A stretch of 64,000 nucleotides of DNA from Tubiluchus corallicola (lineage: Eukaryota > Animalia > Priapulida): NCBI GenBank assembly GCA_030141605.1, contig JAQGDQ010000003.1, forward strand, positions 2,170,001 through 2,234,000, read 5' to 3'. The translations under genes were made by a program, and so were the position numbers. The notes below the pieces were generated by a model that searched no databases, had not been told where the DNA came from, and saw nothing but the letters and a program-made list of their open reading frames with translations. This document shows positions 12,412 through 26,500 of the stretch, piece after piece (the stretch's first letter is position 1; the number at the start of each line of letters is the position of its first letter).

Positions 12412-14249
12412 TACATTGCAAATTTAATTTAAGTTTGGAGAATCATAACTCTATGAAAAACCAACATACCAAACTGTATATTACACAGTACATTTGTCCT
12501 CTAATGAATTTAATTCTAGCTGTGTTATGCTGCTTATTTTCTAAAAAACCGTATAGACTCCACGGAGATGCAATAACTGGCGTGTTGGCAAGCTACGATA
12601 TCTGTGATCGGCTACATCTGCATGATACCTATACGAACAGGAAAATAATGAATTATTAAAAGTATAATCTGTACATGTACAAATTATTCAAACAAATACG
12701 TAGCCAATAATTAAACACGAATGCGACATAACTCGTAATTATTAATGTGCAGATTATAGCATACGTCAAGGAAATAGAGGACAGGGCCTAATACTAATAC
12801 GTTTCTATTCGTCTATATTTTGTGATCAGCCTGCAGAAAATTTTGCCTAGTTCGTCTAGTTACTAGTATGAATGAGCATTTATTTATTAGTGTACGGCTT
12901 TCGACTAGTCATAATCCCAGTTGATTATCTGAAAATGTCAAATACCTATAAATAATCATATACCAGCATACGTGCGTCAGCGTCACGTATTTGTACCTAG
13001 GAACATCGTTAATTTGGTTCATTAAGCGCGACGTTAATCAACTATCTTACAGCAGCTGCTGCATTATAAGATCATTAATAACATCCATAGGGGCGCGGTC
13101 ATTAGCGTAAGATAGAAAGCGGAGTGAAGCCATTTAAGTCGCAAATTCGCGGTTGCGAATGGAACTAATATAAACTGCTTTTAGAGTTTTTGATTCAGTG
13201 TTAGGGCCTGTTCTAATACAGTGAAACATTGTTTAGGTAGTTGTATAAAAATTCAACTTTGGGATACAGCACTGTGCACAGATCGCATTTGGCGCAGAAC
13301 CCCGCGCCCCTCTTTTAGTCGCACAAACTCTTGCTTGCTGACACTGGTTACCATACACTACATAAGTATAAATACGCAGGAAAATATAAAAAATTAGTGT
13401 TATAATTATTATCACTATAAAAATGCCTAGCAAATCATCTCAAAAAGGATTTAATAATCTCATTTAAGGATATGCGCGTGATATCAAGGTCTTATGTGAA
13501 AGATTAAACGTTGTTATCCAACGACTAAAATGCTGGTCTTCAATGGAAAAAGTCTACTGCCACACACATACTTGCTGTAGAAGTAAAATCACAGATCTTT
13601 TTACTTATATTAAAATTAATTTCCAGTTGCATAAAAATAATTTTATCCAAAGGTTGTAAAATAAAAATGTTTAAACTAAAAACAATTCATTATGCAACCA
13701 GAATCCTTCGCCAAAGTCTTGCTTAATGGTAAAGCAAATTTGAATTTAGCTAACGAGAAAAATGCTTCAGTTGCATTAAATTTTATTAATTATTATTATT
13801 ATTATTGTTGTTGTTGTTGTTGGCAGTCCCTTTCTGTGCAAGTATAGTGCACAAGTCTGGAAGCCTGAAGTCTGTACATTATATTGCAACAAAATAGAAC
13901 GTCAAATTCTCAAATTAGAAAAGGGAGAACGCTAACTATCTTGGAACTTTAATTGGAAGAGACAGCATGGCTTTTATTAATTTTGATAACTATGATTCTG
14001 TTTTTCGCGAGGTCCTCCGCGTGTTAGAACAATCGGCAACATTAAAAAATACTTTCTGTCTACCTTTTTGTCTTAGTAAAAACAATCTAATCATGTATAA
14101 ACACACTTTCGCAGTGTATTTCTTATGTTTATGTTTACTCTACACGCGCTCACACTGCTGTTTGTGAGTAAACTTCTGAGACACTACAGCCGGGCCTGCT
14201 AGAACACCTGACTGGCCACTGCGAGGTGGACCCATGCTGGTTGACCTCT

Positions 14250-14412
14250 TGTTACAACTGATAATGTAATAAACACCAGATATTGAAATAACAAAAAAAT
14301 TAACGCATAATGTAAAACCCCAAAAAGGCACATAATGCAATAACGAGAAGTTTAACGCATATTGCAATATCACAGCAACGCGTAATGTAATGACCGATAA
14401 AGTAATAACTAG
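14250..14412 (-). repeat. Dispersed repeat built of TTACATTATGCG-like units (copy 1)
   Basis: Reverse complement ends TTACATTATCAGTTGTAACA, matching the end of the copy at about 16125-16549 (TTACATTATCAGCTGTAACA). Confidence 0.7.
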
Positions 14413-14544
14413 CAGAATTAATGTTACTTGGTGCAGATTTCTTACATATAGTAAAATAATTTTTATTTTTAGTAACATTAAGATGGTGAGTATTATTAAG
14501 CCATTAATTGTATGTCGTTTTGCCAGGGTACAATTCACCACTGC

Positions 14545-14766
14545 ATCATTTCGCCAGTCTATCTTTTTGCCATTTTATTATTTCGCCAGTTTATCTTTTC
14601 GTCAGTCCATAATTTCGCCAGCTTATCTCTTCGCCAATGTATCATTATGCCAGTCTATCATTTCGTCAGTTGATAACAGAAACAGGGCAAAAAGTTTTTA
14701 TATAGTAATACACCTTGCCAGTGCATCATTTCGCCAGTCTATCTTTTCGCCAGTGCATCATTTCCT
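14545..14766. repeat. 16-bp minisatellite (TCATTTCGCCAGTCTA-like), two blocks
   Basis: About 8 units at 14546-14670 and about 3 units at 14716-14766; probably a subterminal array of a DNA transposon. Confidence 0.8.
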
Positions 14767-16124
14767 CCATCGGGTCGAGTAGGTTTACAGTATAACATTA
14801 AAGAGGTCAAAAAAGCTTCTTTCAGATCTAACTATTTTGTACTTCAACTGATTTTGAAGAAATTCGGGCAAGTGGTAGATGGGTTACTGTGCACTCGGAC
14901 ACCAGAAATCGCTTGAATTTAATTGACGTAGATATGGCGATTTCAAAAGGTTCTGAAAAAGTGTTAATCCCTAGTTTTTCGAGGACTAACCATTTTCTGT
15001 GGGTGGGGGTAGTGATAAGACGGCGGAACGCCATTTATTTTCACATGGCGATGGTTCGCCGTATGAGAATAAATTGTGATGGTACGATCCATTATGAAAC
15101 TATTGAATATCCCCAGAATGTATACATTCCGAATCTGCTGCTATTTTCATTATACGATGCTTAACTTTCGAGATACGGATTTTTTTAGAATAACTCAAAA
15201 ACTAGATAGGACTACTTAACCAAAGTTGGTGTCTTGTAGCCAAAGTGAAACTGAAAATCATCAAAATATGTCCATTTTTGAGAAACCACTATCCTACAAG
15301 AAACACTACCTATCGAAACAAAATGTACTATATATTGGCATCCACAGTCAGGCTTGGTTTGTCGAACCCCGAACCACTGCCCTTTTACAGGGCATCAAAA
15401 CATGTCCGGTTAGCTACAAACATGCGTATTTCCCTATAAATATACATATATACCAGGTATCGACATGACCAAACTTAGATAGCATATCTCTTGAACAAAG
15501 TCATTTGGAATCACGTAACTAACACTCGATAGTGACATAGTCTTGCGCTACTACCTCAAGGTCCTACATTTTGTGTACTTGAGCCAACATTTTACCTATA
15601 AGTTGAAGTGCAACTTACCAAGATGGCTCCAAGTGGTAATAATCCGATTAATTCTCTGTCCAACGATGTGCCACACAGCCGCCACCGCCAAAAAGCTGCC
15701 ACGGTACAACTGTTTTTCTAGACACATATCGGTACCATGCTTAAAACTTATGACAAAAAAATCAGCATTTTCAAATTTTGGAAGCCCTGCTCTTAAGAAC
15801 CCTTTGAATCACGTGACTAATGAACTCATAATGAGCCGTCCCCGCCTTATCAAGTCTATATGAGCCACCGCTAGGCCTACGAAAGCCAAAATTTAATGAT
15901 ATCGTTATCTATCTTTTAAACTTTACCGTATTCCTACGCCTTTTGGTTCCCTTTTATTAACATAATATACAAGATGGCGGGGAGCTGACTTCTGAAGGTT
16001 GTAACCCACTGTGACCTGTTCGTTATGTAGGTGTACTGCACTGGACATTTGCTATCTTCATTCAAGTTTTGGTGGAGGAAGATTTAAAAGTCATAACCAG
16101 TTATTGCATAACCAGTTAGAATTT

Positions 16125-16549
16125 TTATTACATTATGCATTTTTGTGGTATTACAATATGCGTTAGGCTTCTTGTTATTACATTATGCGTTTTTGGAGTC
16201 TTACAATATGGACACCTGAAAAGAAGAGCCGGTGAAGATCATGTGGGAAGGGAGGTCATGGAAATGGAAGTGCTGGGAAATAGAAGAAGAGGACGACCCA
16301 AGCTGAGATGGTTTGAATGTATTAATGGAGACCTTAGAGAGAAGAACATAAATGAAGAGATGGCCATCAACAGGAATGCGTGGAGAAGACTTATTCACAA
16401 CGGCGACCCCGTATAGGGAAAAGCTGGGAAGAAGAAGAAGAAGGAGTTTTACAATATGCGTTAATTTTTTATTACATTATCGGTTAGTTATTACATTAAT
16501 TTTTCCGTTATTGCAATATCGGACGTTTGTTACATTATCAGCTGTAACA
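16125..16549 (+). repeat. Dispersed TTACATTATGCG-unit repeat (copy 2), interrupted by an RTE fragment
   Basis: Same units and same terminus as 14250-14412, in opposite orientation. Confidence 0.7.
16211..16442 (+). mobile_element. RTE-clade LINE 3' fragment
   Basis: Encodes GHLKRR...GNRRRGRPKLRWFECINGDL...NRNAWRRLI, a typical RTE C-terminus; (GAA)n tail; 16-bp TSD GGAGT(C/T)TTACAATATG at 16195-16210 and 16443-16458. Confidence 0.9.
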
Positions 16550-17507
16550 CCAATGATACCTCTCCTCCGTAATACGGCATGAATAGTGTCAGTATAGAAA
16601 TTGAATGCTATAACTTTCAAGTTTTATGCAAATAGCCATGCAAATGCTCAGAATTTTTACGAGCTTTTTTATATGCACGTTAAATTAATTGCGAATTTCC
16701 GGTCTTTATGTACATTGGAACCAAATGCCATGGAAACGGTAAATTGTGTTCTAAAATATGACATGGTTCAAGCAGCTGTCCATTTTACAAATTGGCTACT
16801 ATTTATGAATGTAGACAAGCAAGCAACCAAATGCTTAAGCTTAGTTGTTATAAACTTTTCTTTGCTTCTTCTTCAATACTTTTCATTTGGATCCACTCAT
16901 CTTAGTAGTTTGCCCCACAGCCTAATTCGCTCATGAGTCCCGATGCAGCCATTATGCTTTAATTATGATTATGTGGATTGTGGACCTGCGGTAAGCACAT
17001 CAATAAAGTTAATGTCTCAAGAATATTTGGGTATTTTGACAGTGCTGAGTTTCTGCGACGTAAACAGATCAATGTCCTATGTTACGTAAGACGTAGATTT
17101 CTAGATAACATAAGACTTGTTGAATGCTAATCTTCTCTATGCTGTACATGATACATCACAGCAAGCGAGGTGTGATCAATACCCAAAGCTCTCCAAAGCA
17201 AAACCTCTGCAGCCCGTGTTAATTATTGTTGAGAGCATTCTGTCGTTGACATACTATTTCTGGTTGTCTGTAGCGCATATAAGCACACTGAGGTTACATA
17301 ATTTGATAGTTACAAACTTATAGTAATTGTTGTATTTTTTGGAGGAAGGAAATTAATCAATTAAAAATGAATGAATAAATAATATTATAGCTTTCTGTTT
17401 TGTAAGTAGGCCTATTCATGATACATACACAAAATTTACCTTATTTAAAAGTTGTCATAATATTTCTAGCGAGCAAAAAGCAATTGAAACAATGATAGTA
17501 TTAAAAA

Positions 17508-17597
17508 TTATTATTATCATTATTATTATCATCATCGTCATCATCATCATCATCATCATCATTATCATCATTATATTATTACTATTAGTATTATCAT
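17508..17597. repeat. (ATT)n/(CAT)n compound microsatellite
   Basis: Direct reading of the trinucleotide runs. Confidence 0.9.
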
Positions 17598-20503
17598 CCT
17601 ATAATTAATTTCAGTGTATCTGGATTTATTTATTTGTTTATCTATTATTATTAAAACTGTTACTGACGTTAATGTTAGCATTTTAGGTTAATAATAAGTT
17701 TTTTTTGAAAATGTTAACAGTGCCATTATAATTATTACATCAACGTCAATTCTTACACACCGCATCCCGCTTTGAATCATTTAAAAAATTTTGTAGTCCT
17801 TGTGCTTTGTATAAGCAGAGAATTTCAACACTGTCGCTAGAGTAATGCTCTAAGTCTTGAATTTAATCTGAGTCAATTTTTCTAGGTTTCTTAGTGTTTC
17901 TATATTTACACGTACAAAGTCACTATGGTTTATAATTTATGTTTACAAGCGTTTTAGATCGCTACAGCTTGTGTTGTGCTGTAACTAAAATCAAAGAAAT
18001 CCAATGAAGAAGTGGACCATCAAAACCTATATTTATCGCAACCCGTGACATGCCATGTCGCATCCTTGGCTGAGGCCGCGCGAGCATCTCAGGTTGGTTT
18101 ATAAACATATGAGCCCCAGTTAAGGCCTCTGGATGAGATAAATCACGTGTTCAAGTTTTGTGAAATCACCATGTTGTAGCTGTTGCTGGACACACAGCAC
18201 ATATATACACTAACTATTACAATAGCGCTTACGTGCCTCATCTATACAGGTTACCTGAACTTTTCTGCATGCAATATGACTACTAACATTCATTTTTGAT
18301 TAATTTACATTTCATGCGCACATGCCAGTCGAATTTAGCAGTAGAGTTTCATGCCGTACGTGCCCTGTATCATAAAAACAGTTATGAAATTAATACATAA
18401 TTGTTATTAAAAAAGCAGCTTACCTTTTTGAGGCGAAGCGGATGATCATTAACTGCTTCGAATCTAGTAGAACTATATACTGCAAATGCACTGACGTGCA
18501 TGGCTAAGTGGTTTCGAAGATTCTTCCGTTTAGCGAACGCGCATGCCAAACATGACATGCATGGAGAATGTCCTTTTGTAAAAGGCGTCTTCTTAGTATT
18601 AACTGCCATACTGGTCAATGGTACAGTTGTAGCTGTAGCTGCTACTGCCGCTGCTGATGGCGAAAATAACAATATACCAAAACGATTTAGCTGTTAATTA
18701 TATTGATTGTCTTCATTGTGTATTTGACCGTATATATGGTATGCATAGCAATAATAAGCGATGTGCGAAAAAAAAGTTGCATAATTAACACACTAGACAA
18801 GCCCAATTCGCAGCATGAGGGAGAAGGCTAATTATAGTGAAACAGATTCCGTCACGAGGTTTCGAAATGTAGTGTTACCAATAATAATATGCGTGAATGT
18901 ATATTTAAGTAATGATGTCAGTACAAGAAATCACCGTGTTAAAAAATTGCAGAACAATTACTAGCACAACATAATAAAAATTAAAGGACGCCCCAAGTGA
19001 TAAATAATTTAGCATACGTCTGCGCATCTCACCCAATCTGAACCACACCCTACACAGTATTAGTTTCTGTGCATGATTGTTTGCACAGCAGCCTATACAG
19101 CTTTCTGTGAATGCTTGTGAATTTTGTTTTCGTTAACATACTAGTTTATACACTCATTTTATATACACTTTATTTCACTTTTGTTCATTCATCGACCTGC
19201 TAATATGCGACGATCCATTATAATTCTTTGCTTCTTCCTGCACAAACTGATAGTTAGAAACGGCAGCCATAAAGTAGTTTTCAATATAAAGTTCGTTGTG
19301 ATTATATTGGTTTTATTTGAAAAATAAACTTAATACGAAATATGACTGCATCACTCATTTTAATTACCTGGATCACTTAACTGTGTGTGTATGGCTTCAG
19401 ATACACACCTAGCTATGTGACCAACCAGAAAACAGTGACCTGAGTCACCTGACTTGAGTGACCCGAGAGCCCATTTCCAGCTCCTGTGCTGTATGACATA
19501 TATTGTTAGCAAGTTGACTAAAAATTAGAAATAATTCTGTCATCTTTATAATACGTTTTATTAATCTGTTGTTCGGTAATAAAGTCCTCAAACAATTTGA
19601 AATAGGTGATATAGAGCTGTAAAAAGCAATTAAATGGTTTTTACAACAAAAGATTTTTGCGAGAAAAAGGTTTCTTGCAGTAGTGAACATCACTCTCTTT
19701 GTTGCAAAATTTTTTTAGAAACCTTTTGTTACCGTCAAAGGAGTTAATCCCTGATTTAATACTAACAAACCCTTTGATCATCAGTTTTTGTAGGGAGCTA
19801 AAGACCATTAATTATGGCAGTCTTTTACGTTATCATATGCATGCTATAAACGTAAATCGGGCTTATCAATTTGTCAGTTAAGACAGGCACAATTTAATAT
19901 TGTAACATTTCTTTGTTAATAAAGCTCGACTGGGATGTCAAATTGATGTATCTTCTAGTGCGACGGTAATTTTGCTGTATAGATTAAAAAAATAATTTAT
20001 CTGTTCAATGGTTAATATGTGAGATTCTGTTAACACTGCATAAAAACTTCCGAAAAAGTCGCACAAATTCTGATTCTAATTTCAGACGATAGTTCTCTGC
20101 TTGTGTAATAATGTGTGGAGCTTTCTGGTTGGCTAACTTGTATGACGTGTGCAATGGTCGAAAAGGTACGCGTGTTATGTATGAACGCGGGTGATGCGGC
20201 TCAGTCAGCTCATTCGCAAATCGCTTCATTGCTTAGTTATCGTCGATTCGTGCTCATGCTCAGTTGCTGTAGGTTTACGCCCTTCGAACGTTGCTTTTCT
20301 TACCTTATTTCGGAAAATCAATGTTTTCCCGAATTTTCTGCATTGTGTTGCAATGATCGCGGGCGAAAAATTAATAGTGTGTATATTAATAGACACCACA
20401 GAAGGCGGCAAGGAAAAGTATTCAAATAATTTACTAGTTCAGCAGTACATGCTGTAGAGTGTAGAGTTTGTAGACAGTAAGTGGCTTTTGCGATATTGCA
20501 AAG

Positions 20504-23500
20504 ATGGCTGAAAAGCACGGATTTGACAAATCTGGAAAAGGTGGCATAAACTATGTATACGAAACCAAAGAATTTGACGAAGTCCTTACGAGTATTAGCG
20601 ATGGATTTGGACGGTGGCAGACGTTGAAACTCGCCATTATTTTCCTTATTGGAATTCCGGTTGGATTCCAAAATTTGGCCTTTTCGTTTTTAGCCGCTAC
20701 TCCTGAATATTGGTGTAAGATACCAGAAATATCGGACACTTTGCCGAATGAGTTACAAAGACATTATGGTATACCACCTTCAAAAACAAAAGCAGGGCAA
20801 TATTCTCAGTGTTTAATGTACTCAAGAGCAGTAAGTACAACATTGTCCCATCAACAAAACGAGGTACGTTTTCACTTTACAGCTTACTAAAACTGAATGT
20901 GTGCCATATGTAACTTCTGTACTTAAGAATGTCAAGGGTGTTGGCTCAGACCTTCTGACTGGCTATCAATAATTAATTTGCCGTGAATTTGAGGAAAAAA
21001 TTAAAGGAAACTATTAATACACAACAAGCAAAAACAGACTAAGGTGTAAAATATTGTTTTTTATATTTAAAAGACTCATATTATACACATCAAAGAACCT
21101 AATTTAAAAGTAATTTTCTTAGCTTTTTGTTGCTCACTTTCAGCTCCTTGGCCCATTGGGTATTGTTTTCCTTTAGTTTTTTCAAATTTGAAGGCAGATT
21201 AGCAGGCCGTTAACCGTTACAAAATTTCCTCATATCTAACGTCATTGCTAGCTGTGCTTGCCAATTGCTAATTGCAATCATATTTACTCATTTTTATTAT
21301 ATTTTATTTCATTTTATTATTACTATTTTTTATTTTCTAAGTTAACCTAGCCTCCAATGCCCTCCATTTCCATTACATTTACTTGGACTAGTGGAACAAC
21401 TTTGTTGTTATTCAGCTGTCATAATAAATGTGTATTAAGTAACAATACATTAAAACCAACAGCAGCTTATTATTTTTTCTGAATCTCATTCTAGACGATC
21501 AGAAGAAACTACCTTCTCTTAGCACAGTTGTTTCAGGACAACAGGTTGAAGGAGCTGCCTGAAGGATTCTTTAGCGCAGAGAATGTAACGCGGTGTGAAG
21601 ATGGTTGGGTCTATGACACTTCTGAATTTGGAGGACAGAGTATTGTTGCAGAGGTAATGTAACAGTACGTTTTTATAGTTTTGTGTCTTGATTTGGTAGG
21701 TAGAATAGTGTTTAATATTACAAGTGAAATTTTCCATTGAGCACATACATTCTTCCAAATAATATTACATAGATGTAGGCAACTAAAATTTGTTCTGCCA
21801 TATGGGTTAGAATGCAGTCATAAAAGGCTTGGAGTTATAAAGAAAAACGCCTATATTTTTACATCTCCTCTGTTCTGCCTATCCATTTTTCTAAAGATTC
21901 ATTCCTGTTTTATAACCTTTCTATTGATCTGTTTAAGATTCTCATATAGTCCACAGTGTAGATAAGTGGCATTGTTAGTGGTTGTAACAGTTGTAAAGGA
22001 ATGTAGGTAAAATGGCACAGGAAAAATGGTACTGTAAAAATGGCACATTTAGTAAAATGTGTTTCTGGTTAGGGTTACAGTGGGGGATAATTATCTTAGC
22101 CATTTTTACCTCTAAAAAGCTATGCTTCATTACAGTTTGTTTGTTTGGCACAACTTGACCAAACACCATGTATAAAAACATTCATGTACTACCTGAAGGT
22201 CTCAGGAGTGCTTAGTACTTCTTTTTGTTATCTCCACCTGGACATACTACTACGAGTTAGTTTCAGGTTTATTCTGAGAAATTCTCATCTGTAAGACTGT
22301 GTAATACAGTCTATTACATTAGGTTATGTGTATAACCTAATAAGATGACTTGGTATGGCAGGTATACACTTGTGAGTCTATACAATCGCCAAAATTAATA
22401 GTTAAAGAGATAGACAAACACTATGTGAAACATTCATGCATTATTTATAATAAATCTATTTAATGAAGAACTGTTTTGAGTCTTTTGCAAGTCTATATTC
22501 TATATAATACCAATAGAGGTATATTTTTGTATGTTTGCTTGTTTATCTTTGTGTTAATTTTTTTTAATCAAAGGAATGAGACAAATAAGCTTAAAATTGT
22601 TTTGCTTTGGCAGAGGTCAATTGGTATCAGAATAACGTATGTGCCATTTTTCTTACTTTTCCATTTATGCCATTTTTACCTTTTCCATTTGTGCATTTTT
22701 TCTGTGCCATTTTTACCTTGCCCGTTGTAAAGAATTGGCAAATTTAGTGTTGTCTGGAAGTGCAATAATTTTCATTGTCATCATTGTTCATCAACATATA
22801 TAACAATACAGCTACAACTTTTAAGTTTTATCATCCACTGTGGTTTAGAATCGGTTGGATAAGACTCACTGGCACTGGTTTAACATGAACCAGTATTATA
22901 TTAATTACAACTGTGTTATTAATTATTATAGTGTTAATAATATTAATTAATTAGCTACCCACAAAAATTCAGGATCACTCAAAATTAATCAAAATAAAAG
23001 ATTAATTTAATTACATAGAATCACTCTAACGTGAGTGCTGTTTTATAACATGCAGCTTGGGAATTTACTGTAGTAAGACTCAATTGTCTTACAAATTAAT
23101 ATTATTGTGAGTTCAAGTTTCAGTACAGGCGACTAATAGCTGCTTACAAGAACTTACTTGTTTTATTATGCCCAACATTATAAACTTAAACAAGAACGAA
23201 AGCCTGAAAAACTTGGCCAAGGGCAGGATTTTCTTTATGAACAGTCTTTTTGTGCCGCAGCTTTCTTAATTTTATTTACTTAGCCAGTCAGTCTTATTTG
23301 AAAAAACCTTAGTTTGAATTCCAGACAACCGTTTGGCGGTTTCCGTTCACCATTCCAATGCATTGACCCATGAATATAACAGGTTCTCCAAACCTTCTCT
23401 CCACTCTAAATAACTGTGCTGCTAGCTTAGTTGTACGGACCATATTCGCATCACTAAATGGCTCTGCTTAGTTTGTTAGCTGTATCTTATTAGTGGCGTA

Positions 23501-26500
23501 TACAGCAGCATTTCAGCTCGTAAAACCAGCAGGACGCCATCTCGCAGTTTGAAACAGATGGAGCGGGTGTTGATGTTGTTTTTCCTGCTCCCATTTCCCT
23601 CAACTTTGCTTAGAGTTCAGCTAAAGAGTACATGGAACGCAGAGACTTGGAAGCCTAAACGTTTTGGCCAGAAACTGGCTGAGATGTTTCTATTTTAGGA
23701 TTTTATCAACAAATTCAGTTTTAAATTAGTGCAGTTTCTTAGCATATTATCTATACTTGTTCATTCTGTTAAGATTAACATTTATTGTAGAGGTCCTTGC
23801 ACTCATAGATGTACAACTCTATCAAATGAAATTTTACTTTCCCTAGATCGTCTCAAACTCTAGATATCAGAGTGTACGTTTTACTATATTTAGCAGTCAG
23901 ACTTATCTGATAGCAAAAAGTCTTAAAACTGTAATAATTATCAATAATTAGGTGTATTGCTAAAATTTGCGGGAAAGTGAATGTTAGTTATCAAAAGAGT
24001 GGCATGAGTGTATTTTTGAAAATATCTCATTTGATGCCAGAACCGTGGAAGGCTTTGGGAACTTTTTTAAAACTGCTTTAACAAATTCCTGTAAGTCTAC
24101 CATGACCACGGTCGACCAATCCCTGTATTAAGTTGCATGTAGATACATATTTATATGCTATATAAATATATATCAAACTTAAAGTAGTAACGTTGCATAT
24201 AAAATTGTGGAATAAATTTGATGGAAATTTTTAAATATAATGTTTTCAGTAAAGTGAGTTAAAGTAACTTTATCTGTGAAACATCAAGACGTTCCTGTTT
24301 AGTCTTCATCCTGTAATACAGTATTTAAATGCAGCATTTTTATTAATAATCATTCTACTTTGTTCATTTACAGTGGGATCTAGTTTGTGACAGAGCATGG
24401 CTTGCCGCTATGACACAGACAATCTACATGCTCGGTTTCCTAATTGGTTGTGTGGTATTTGGCTCGGTATCAGACAGGTGAATTTCTAAAATTATTTACG
24501 TTTGCAGTGGCTGCCTGTATGCATTGGTATCTCAGTGCTGTGAAATCTGACTAAAACGGTAATTATAATACAAAATGACACTATTTCTTAACTTTTCAGG
24601 ATATAAAGACAAGTGAGATCACACTGCTCAACGATTCTTACTGCTCATTAATCCACTAATATCCCATTTCTTTTTCCCTGTGACTAGAAGTATAACTAAC
24701 TACCTGGAATAATTTCCATGTGATTTTGCAGTGAGTGAAAATTTGAAGTGTCAATTTGATTTTGAATTACATGACGAATTACAACGTCTGGCGACACGTG
24801 TTGTGTCCATTTTTCTCTGGGAGACTAATTACCTGTCTTCTCTTACTAACTATAGGTGGCGGAGAGTGAATTGAGTACATGGATCTTCTGTGGAGCCAGC
24901 TTGCTACAGTTTTTTGTTTAGGTCTAAGCTGAGAAATTTTCAGAATTGCATTTATTTTTTATAGAGAATAATCGCATTTACACAATTTTTCAGACTTGGG
25001 CGGAAAAGATGCTTTTTAATCACCATAGCATTGATGGCTGGTATAGGAACAGTTATTGCATTTTCCCAGTCTTATCTTATGTTTGCTGTGCTTCGACTGT
25101 TTCTTGGGGCTACCTCAGCTAGTGCATTCAGTACTGGATTTGTTTATCGTAAGTGCAACTTAATTTTGTTATCGCTTTTTGAGTGCTTGGAAGAATTTGC
25201 TTCAAAGTATTGAAATTACATGTATAATATACATTTTAAAGTGTTTTGTAGCCTTAATATTTGTAGTTTTTATGCTAAATGAATGGCTGAATGTTCTGCA
25301 TTAACATACTAATTGGCATATTCTGCATATTTAAATTCAATATAAGTGATCAGTAATCTAATCCAGTAAATGTTTTTTGCTAAATAATTTTAGTCAAGCC
25401 AGATATATTAATATTTTTCCTTTTAAGAATTATTACTAGTCAGTGACTGCATGATATACATATATGATTACATGAAAAATTTAAATAGGATTGTTTTTAA
25501 TGTTGCTTATCATCTATCTATGTATAATTATAATATTTAACAAGCAATTGCAGGTTTGAAACTCCATCTGTGCAAGTTGAAAAGCTTTGCATATTTTTAA
25601 AGCACTTAGTAAGGCTATTAACACTATAATGTTCATATTTTACCCTTCTTTAGTTCAAAAGATATTTTCCCATCCTGGGTCTAGGTACTTTAGTTCATTA
25701 TGAACCATGTCCATAGTAAGTTTGATAGTAGTGTTAGAAAAATAGTAACATTTTTAAATTTAGCAGAAACATCCTGTGGTTATCAGCATTCCAAAATATC
25801 AGTCGGTAACAGTGTCTTGGGACAGTTTGTTAGAGGAATGGCCTAGTCATTGGAAAAGGACAGTTAGCACATTGTCAAAATTGGGTGGTTTGTTCGTGAC
25901 TTGTATATTTACACGAGTGATTAGGTAGATGGGCACTGTACTAGATTTTAAAGCCTTTTTGAACTTATTTTTCACACTTTTTATACCTAGCTATATTTTT
26001 TACATTTAGCTACATTTTTAGGTGGGACAAGTACATTTAGACATTTTGCCCAATGGTTTTTGTTTGTAGTTGGGCATTTATCTGCTTTAGGTCATGGCTT
26101 CCGCAGTGGAACTCGGATTTCATTGCTGAATGATTCTTAATGGAAATGGATCATTTCTGTCTCCTTCAAAACCTTCCCTGCATTCACAATGTTATACTTT
26201 CACTATTTTCGTTTGCCTTGACATGTGTGTAATATTTTTGCCTTTCCAGTGTATTGATTAACCATTTCTGTACATTTCCCTGCATTTGTAAAGCCATTCA
26301 CAACTATCCTTTCATTTGCTTGTTGGTTTATGCTGTTTTTTCACAGCATTTTATTTCAGCAATTGCGCTGATTTTGGGGCGAAGTCGGGGACGCCTGTAC
26401 ATGTGTTCAGGCAAAATCAGTGGGAAATCGTGGCGCTAGGATGTGCTTTGTGTATTCACTACACAAGCATTAATACATGTTGGATTACGACATAGCGATG

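Noticed and set aside
14545-14766. Regularly spaced repeats resembling a CRISPR array
   Set aside because: Contiguous degenerate 16-bp units with no unique spacers, no cas genes, eukaryotic context.
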